Shown here piece by piece: positions 43,984 to 51,400 of a stretch of 64,000 nucleotides of DNA; within the stretch, counting starts at the first letter, position 1, and every line of letters starts with the position of its first letter. The notes under the pieces were generated by a model. It was not told the DNA's origin and did not search any database. It was given only the letters and a program-made list of their open reading frames with translations. Origin of the DNA: an uncultured Eubacterium sp. (GTDB taxonomy: Bacteria > Bacillota > Clostridia > Oscillospirales > CAG-272); the NCBI GenBank assembly GCA_900544285.1, contig UQUT01000001.1, positions 69,031 to 133,030 on the forward strand, written 5' to 3'. The translations under genes and the position numbers were made by a program.

Positions 43984-45399
43984 TTATCGCTCATAAGACG
44001 GATCTTTGTGTTTTGTATTCGTGCGGGACGGTATCGAGAGCAGCTCTCTTGTGCGTTCTCCAAGCTGCTTTTCAATCGCCGCAAGCCTTTCTTCGGGCAG
44101 ATTGAGCGAAGGGTGGCGGTGGAACCGGAAGCCCACCATCTTGCGAAGCTGCGCCTTCTGCCTTGCGCCCATCACCTCTTTGCAGACCTCCTCATAGGAA
44201 ATCCGGTAAGGGTTGGAACGGGTTTTAGCGTATTCTTTCAGCCCTTTGAAATCATCGGGCATAGCGAAATTGAACAGCGACAATCCGTTGTCGAAAATGG
44301 GGGCGGGGGCGATAATCTCCCCGGTGTGGTTATCCCGGAGAACGCCGAAGTTCCCGAAATGTCTGTCCTCATTATAGATGAGGGCGTCGAAAACAAGCAT
44401 ACTGCAAAGCTGCTCATAGAAATCATCACCCAAAGTTTTGTAGTAATCCAAACAGCTTTTCAGCGTGATTTTTTTCAGGATACGGCCAATGGGAACAAAG
44501 GAAACATTGATGTCCGTAAAGAGTTTACACTTGGAGGCGAGGATACCTTTCCAATTCTCCAAATCATATTCGACGTAATTTAAGCCCATTGTTTTTGCAA
44601 CCTGACAGGCATAGTATTCGCTGTAAGGCTCGTTTCCGGTATTTGCCGCACCCTCCGTTCCGCCTTTATACAAATAAATACTGTCGCCCTCAACAAACCG
44701 CCAAGCCTTCCTCAGCATACCGTTTGTAGTCAGCTCGGGAGAGGTCGAAAAGGCTTCGTTGCTTCCACCGATTCCTGTATAGGCGACCAAAGACAGCGCT
44801 TCGGAAAAGCGGTTTTCATATAGGTTATACTCGGCAAATTTACCCGCAAAATCGGCGGGTACTACCCAATAGCTGTCGTTGAGCGACAGCCCCATACATA
44901 CGTCGATAATCCCTTTGGTATTGTTCACGCTGAGTCCCAATGTTTTCAAGATTTCATCGACGAACTGACGGTTTTTGGGGATTACCCGTTTTTCAAGCCA
45001 CTTCACAATTCCCTCATCGGTCAGTTCCAAATCAAGGGGAAACAAGTGATTGTTTTCGGTATCCGCAGATAGAATATTCGCCTGTAAGCCCTCCAATCCC
45101 CGTTCTTCGAGGGAGAAGGTAATCAAATCTTCGTCATAAAGGCGAAGGGAATAAATGTTGGTCATTGTCTGATTCCTTTCTTCCAATAGGATATTCAAAT
45201 CCTTGCCGAGCGCTTCGGCAATCCGTATCATCATATCGAGGGAGAGATTCTGAGCGCCGCTTTCTATGCGGCAGATGTTGGATCTCTGCGTCCCAATCAG
45301 GCGTGCAAGTTGCGCCTGCGACAGCCCTTTTTCAAGCCGTGCCTGCGTCAATTTTTGAATTACACTCTGCCGGGAAGCCAATAAATCTTTCTCCGTCAC
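43984..45399 (-). CDS. HipA-family Ser/Thr kinase toxin-like protein with fused N-terminal XRE HTH
   Basis: N-terminal LTQARLEKGLSQAQLARLIGTQRSNICRIESG. Kinase core FDALIYNEDRHFGNFGVL and APIFDNGLSL. GTG start at 45399 after GAGGGGAGGGG. Confidence 0.8.
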   Translation of the reverse strand: MTEKDLLASRQSVIQKLTQARLEKGLSQAQLARLIGTQRSNICRIESGAQNLSLDMMIRIAEALGKDLNILLEERNQTMTNIYSLRLYDEDLITFSLEERGLEGLQANILSADTENNHLFPLDLELTDEGIVKWLEKRVIPKNRQFVDEILKTLGLSVNNTKGIIDVCMGLSLNDSYWVVPADFAGKFAEYNLYENRFSEALSLVAYTGIGGSNEAFSTSPELTTNGMLRKAWRFVEGDSIYLYKGGTEGAANTGNEPYSEYYACQVAKTMGLNYVEYDLENWKGILASKCKLFTDINVSFVPIGRILKKITLKSCLDYYKTLGDDFYEQLCSMLVFDALIYNEDRHFGNFGVLRDNHTGEIIAPAPIFDNGLSLFNFAMPDDFKGLKEYAKTRSNPYRISYEEVCKEVMGARQKAQLRKMVGFRFHRHPSLNLPEERLAAIEKQLGERTRELLSIPSRTNTKHKDPSYER

Positions 45400-45433
45400 A
45401 GAACCCCTCCCCTCGATTATTTTTCAGTATATA

Positions 45434-45453
45434 TGTTATCATATATGATAACA
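45434..45453. promoter_or_regulatory. Perfect 20-bp palindrome (candidate operator) in the HTH-HipA promoter region
   Basis: tgttatcatatatgataaca lies just downstream of a minus-strand TTGACA (45462-45457), about 35 nt upstream of the GTG start. Confidence 0.7.
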
Positions 45454-45468
45454 CTTGTCAAGAGGGGG

Positions 45469-48400
45469 TTATCGCTCGTAGGCTTTTTCCCTGCGTTCCG
45501 GCGCTTCGTCGCCCTCGTCAAGTTCGCCGTCTACAAGCTCATTCCCACGCTTGTCTACATTGAGCAATCCGTTTAATACATTCAAACGCTCTGTTTTTTC
45601 GGTCAGTTCCGGCTCCTTATCAAAGGGTTTTTCAACCTCTATTTTTGCGGTAGCAAGCTGCTTTTCGGTGGTTTCAAGTTCCTGCTTTTCCATTTCCAAC
45701 AATTCGGGGATTTTTTCAATAACATTGTCGATTCGGGTGATATTGCCGATGGCGTCTGTACCCAAAGACACGCTGCGGGATACGCTGCCCTTGATTTTCA
45801 CCTGATACACTTTCTGGAAAGGTTCAAACGAGAGTTCCAAATCAAACCCCCTGTACCTGCCGAGAGAAACCGGATCAGGCGAAGTCATTTCACCGCACGA
45901 GTCTATGATTTTCTTTCCCGCTTCCGCCTTTTCAGAATAAGAAACACCCTTTACCTCCATACCGACAAAGCGGTCATCGGTAGGTTTCGGGTGTTCGCTT
46001 GCCCTGCGAATATCGCTCTCCAGACCGGAAATCATTTCCTTCGCCCGAGCAATCTGCTTCGGGTAATATTTGATGATTTTATCCTCCAAAGCGTATTTTT
46101 CAGTCAGATAGTTGGATTTTAAGAGCCTGAGCTTCTGCACCTGAATATCCAAATCCATCTTTTCTTTGATATATGGGTTTCCGGTTGAAAGCATTTTCAG
46201 CTCTGCATAGGAGAGCGCCGTTTCGTCTATATCCTCGCAAGACCGGACGGGGGATTTACCCGTCATAATCTGCGAAGCAAATTTCTGCTTGCCCTCTACA
46301 AGCTGCCAACAATATGCGTCAAAGGTTTCCTCCGTCACATATCGGTAAAGGCCAACTTTTGAGTTTTCGTTGCCCTGCCGCACCGTTCTGCCTGCCCGCT
46401 GTTCCAGATCCGAAGGCCGCCACGGGCAGTCAAGATCGTGGGAAGCAATCAGCTTATTTTGAACATTGGTGCCTGCGCCCATCTTCTGCGTGGAACCGAG
46501 AAGGATTCGCACTTCGCCCCGGCGAACCTTTTTGAATAGTTCCTGTTTCTTCACTTCGGTATCTGCCTCGTGAATAAACTTGATTTCTGATTCGGGGATA
46601 CCACGCCCGATGAGCTTTTTGCGAATATCCGTGTAGACCGAAAATTCACTTTCACCCTTTGGGGTGGAAAGGTCGCAAAAGAGAAGCTGCGTAGATTTTT
46701 TATCAGCAGTTTCTTCCCAAATGTGGTAGACCTCCTGCACACAGGCATTGACTTTGCTGCCCTCTTCATCGGGCAGTAAGGGGTTCATCATTCTCTGATC
46801 GAGGGCAAGCTTTCTGCCGTCGTTGGTCACTTTGAGCATATTGTCAACGCTTGCATTTACCCCGCCGTCCCGTATTTTTTCAGCCCGTTCCGCAAGGGAG
46901 GCAACCATATCCTTTTGAATTTGAGAGGGCTTGACGGCGATGTTGTGGTATTCCACTTCCGGCACGGGCAAATGAAGCATATCCGCCGTTTGAATGTCCG
47001 CAACCTCTTTGAACATTGCCATCAGCTCGGGGAGATTGTTAAATCTTGCAAAGCGTGTCTTTGCCCGGTATCCTGTTCCTTCAGGGGTTAATTCCACGGC
47101 TGTAACGGTTTCACCGAAGCTGGAAGCCCACGAATCAAAATGCTGTAAATCGTGTTCTTGCAGGGTTCGATACTGCAAATAGCGCTGAATGGTATAGAGT
47201 TCTACCATACTGTTTGAAATCGGCGTACCTGTCGCAAAGACTGTGCCACGTCCTCCGGTGATCTCGTCCAAGTAGCGGCACTTCATAAATAAGTCGCTCG
47301 ATTTTTGTGCCTCCGTCTGAGCAATACCGCCCACATTTCTCATTTTCGTATAGAGAAACAGGTTCTTGTAATAGTGGCTCTCGTCGATGAAAATACGGTC
47401 AACGCCGAGTTCTTCAAAGGTAACTACATCATCCTTTCTCGATTGGTCGTTTAGTTTTTCCAGTTTTACGGTAAGGGATTTCTTGGTCTTTTCAAGCTGT
47501 TTGACCGAGAACCTGCTGCCCTTATTCCGCTTTATATCCGTAATCCCGGCGACAATATCGTCAAGCTGCTGCTGTAAAACGGCTCTTTGCCGTTCTATGC
47601 TCATCGGGATTTTTTCAAATTGGCTGTGTCCGATGATAATTGCGTCGTAGTCGCCCGTGGCGATTCTGCCGCAAAACCGTTTGCGGTTTTTCATCTCAAA
47701 ATCTTTTTTCGTTGCTACTAAAATATTGGCGGCAGGATAGAGCTGCAAGAACTCCGCCGCCCATTGTTCGGTCAGGTGGTTGGGTACGACAAAAAGGGAT
47801 TTGCTGCAAAGCCCCAACCGTTTGGATTCCATAGCGGCGGCGGTCATTTCAAAGGTTTTGCCTGCGCCAACGGCGTGTGCCAAAAGGGTATTACCGCCGT
47901 AAAGGATATGGGCAACCGCATTTTTCTGATGTTCCCTGAGTGTGATTTCGGGGTTCATTCCGGTAAAAGCAATATGGCTTCCGTCATACTCACGGGGACG
48001 GATGGAATTGAATTTGTCGTTGTAGAGCCGCACAAGCTTTTCCCGCCTTGTGGGATCACGCCATATCCAATCCTGAAAGCCCTGCTTGATGAGTTCCTGC
48101 TTCGATTGAGCGATAGCCGTTTCTTTTTTATTGAGAACCGCTTTCTTTTTGCCCTCATCGTCCTCGATATAATCGAAAACACGGACGTCCTTCATATTCA
48201 GCGTTTCTTCAATGATTTTGTAGGCGTTGACTCGCTGTGTTCCATAGGTGTTGTAGGCTTTCAGGTTGCTTCGGTCGGAAGATTTTCCTTCGACATTCCA
48301 TTCACCCGTCAGCTTGGAGTAGTGAACCTTGATGTTCCACCTTGCATAAACAGGGGTATCCAAAAACTCGTAGATGAATTTCTGCACGATTTCTTCGGGC

Positions 48401-51400
48401 AGCCAAGTTGTGCCGAGCTGCACGAAAATCTCACTTGCGGTCAAGTCCCTCGGCTGTACTTTTTCAAGCGCCTCCACATTGACCGTGTAATCTTCGGGGT
48501 AGACTTCGGCGGATTTTCTCGCCCACGCAAGTTTCTGGCGCACATTCCCGGAGAGGTACTCGTCCGCCATCAGGTACTTTTGCTCGTCGCTGTCTCCATA
48601 GCCATACATTGGATTTAAGAAGATAACGCCTTTCAAGTCCTGATAGATTTCCTGTTCGGTTTTGCCGGAGAGCGAACACATATATTCCATATCTACAAAG
48701 GCTTTTTCCGCCATAGACACGGCGAGCGCTTCGCTTGCGGTATCCACCGAAGTTATGGGAATGTGCGGTTTGATCGTCCGCTTGGTAAAAATATCTGCCT
48801 TGCGTTCCAACTCTCCATCGTCGCCCAATATCTCGAGCGCCGAGAGCAAAGAGAACGAACCGTCCTGCGAAAAGGCAGAAACATTGGCTCGGCTGTTTAT
48901 CAGCCCGTACTTTTTAGAAAAGGTATCATACAGGGTGTTGAGCTTCTGCTGTTCGGCTGTAATCTCCCCATCGGGGAAATCCAAAGTCTGAATTTCAATC
49001 AGGTTTCTCACACAATCCCGAATGGCAATCATACCCTTAATTCGATTTTCAGCCGTGGCGGAACATTCGACGGGAGTCATCCGGGAATTTTCACGGTAAT
49101 AGATTTTATCGTCTACCACCGTGTAAGAAAAGTTGCGTACATTGGGATCTGCGGGAATGGAGGTATCTTCTTCCTCCAATTCTTCGTCTGCTTCGTACTC
49201 GGTTATCTCGGCGTGGATACCGGAAATCGCTTCTTCAAGCTGTTCTGCAAGGCCGGTATTCTCATAGGGTACGACGGTATTTTCCTCGCCAAATCTGCCC
49301 GATACGGTTTTCCATTCGCCAAGCACCATTTCAGGGTGGTCTACAAAATAGGAGTTCATCTTCACACCGTTTTCATCGGTATTCAGATGTACCCACTCCG
49401 GCTCAATATCGATGAGCCTGTCCCTTTTTTGGAGAATGAGAATATCCGAAACAACCTCTGTTCCGGCGTTCCCCTTAAAGGTGTTGTTGGGCAAGCGAAC
49501 CGCACCAAGCAGGTCAGCTCGCTGTGCAATATATTTTCGGATTGCGGGGTTTTCCTTATCCATTGTCCCCTTGCTCGTGATGAGCGCCATCACGCCGCCC
49601 GGCCTTAATTTGTCTAAGGATTTCGCAAAAAAGTAGTCGTGGATCAAAAAGTTGTGTTTGTTGTACCGCTTGTCGTTGATCCGAATATCTCCAAACGGCA
49701 CGTTGCCGATTACAGCGTCGAAGAAGCTGTCGGGGATATTTGCTTCTTCAAAGGGCTGTGCCGCAATCGAGGTTTTCTGATAAAGCTGCTGAGCGATACC
49801 CGCCGAAATCTTGTCGATTTCCACGCCGTACATCTTAGCGTTTTGTATTGACTGCGGCAGCATACCGATAAAGTTGCCGATCCCGCAGGAAGGTTCTAAG
49901 ATATTGCCCTCCCGAAAGCCCATCTGCTCCATCGCTTTGTAGATTGCGGAAATGACAACGGGCGGGGTGTAGAAAGCGGTCAGAACGCTGCCTTTGGCGC
50001 TTTCGTACTCGTCGGGGGATAGTGCCTGATACAGTTCGATAAACTCGTCCGCCCAAGAGGAATTGTTTTCATCAAAGGCTTCTGGAATACCGCCCCACCC
50101 TACATACTGCGATAGGATTTCCTGTTCTTCGGGGGTGGCGAAGCGGTTTTCAAACTCACACTCGTTCAGCACATTGATTGCCGCCATATTTCTGCGGAAC
50201 CGTTCTTTTTTCCCTGCTTCGGGTATTTCGTGGGAGGCAAGGTCAAAGGTGTGCCGCTCAGACATCGGGATTTCAGGGTGCAAATCAAAGGTCTGCACCC
50301 GTGAGCGTTTCGGCTGAGTAAAGGCCGGGGCAAGGGGTTTTTCTTCCGGTTGTTCAGGTGCGGGTGCTTCCTGTTTTGCCCGTTCCACATAGAGCCATTC
50401 GGCAGATTCCTTTTCTGAAACCTCTTTTTTCACCTGTTCCAGATAATCGTTTGCCTGCCATTCGCTCGTAAATTCTTCGCTGACGCCCTCATCATCAACA
50501 TAGATTTCTTCCCGTATATCGTCCCATACGGCATAGCCCTCATCAGTTTCGATGACGAAAAACCGTTCATAGGATTCCACCGCACTTTCTGCGGCGATTT
50601 CCTCCGCCTGCCTGAGCATTTCATCTGCCCTGTCCTTTGCAAGATAGGGCGAATCAATGATTTCTATGCCCTGCGGCGGCGGATCAAGCTCGCCTATAAA
50701 ATCCTGCGGTATGGTGTTCCCGTCTTTGTCTTTATACAGAACGAGGGTGAAGGGAACGCCGTAAAAATTCTCCTCCTTAACATCTTTTTCAAGCTGATAT
50801 GGGCTTGTGTACTCAATGCTCTCCCGCACCGAACCGTCGGTGTGGAGATAGTCGATCCTGCCGATTGGCTGCGACTGTACCGGATCTTCCTTATTGGTCG
50901 AGACGATATTTCGGGTAATGCGCTCTCCGTTTTCCAAAGAGCAGACCGCCACATCAAAGCCCCGGTCGAGCAGCATATTGGTATAGGTTTGCAGGCTGTG
51001 GGCAGGCAGGCCGCACATCGGCACACGATGTTCCTCACCGAAACGGCGGGTAGTCAGGGTAAGGCCGAGTGCTTCCGATACTTGATTGGCGTCCTCCTCA
51101 AACGCTTCATAGAAATTGCCAAGCTGAAACAGAACAATGCTGCCGGGGTTTTCGCCCTTTGCGTCAAGGTAATCCTGCCAGATAGCAGTAACGGCGCTGT
51201 CCTCCTGCGAAATGGCAGAAGGGATATGGCCATTCTTTTCCTGCTCGGCGGCCCGTTCAATCCGGGCAATCACATCTTCGGGCAGATTCTCCACATAGTA
51301 GTGAATTTCCCCTTCGGGGCTGATATGGGCGATATTCTGATAATCGCCGTTTACTTCAACGGCTCGGTTCCAAACGGTAAGCCCGTTGCCGAGATACCCC

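Noticed and set aside
36631-49608. Other long antisense ORFs in the element (36631-37671, 39262-40044, 41036-41956, 47764-48618, 48763-49608)
   Set aside because: Each lies opposite a gene with clear family motifs (ArdC-like, relaxase, YodL, SNF2/MTase). Composition is biased to F/L/R/G/H and no start signals are present.
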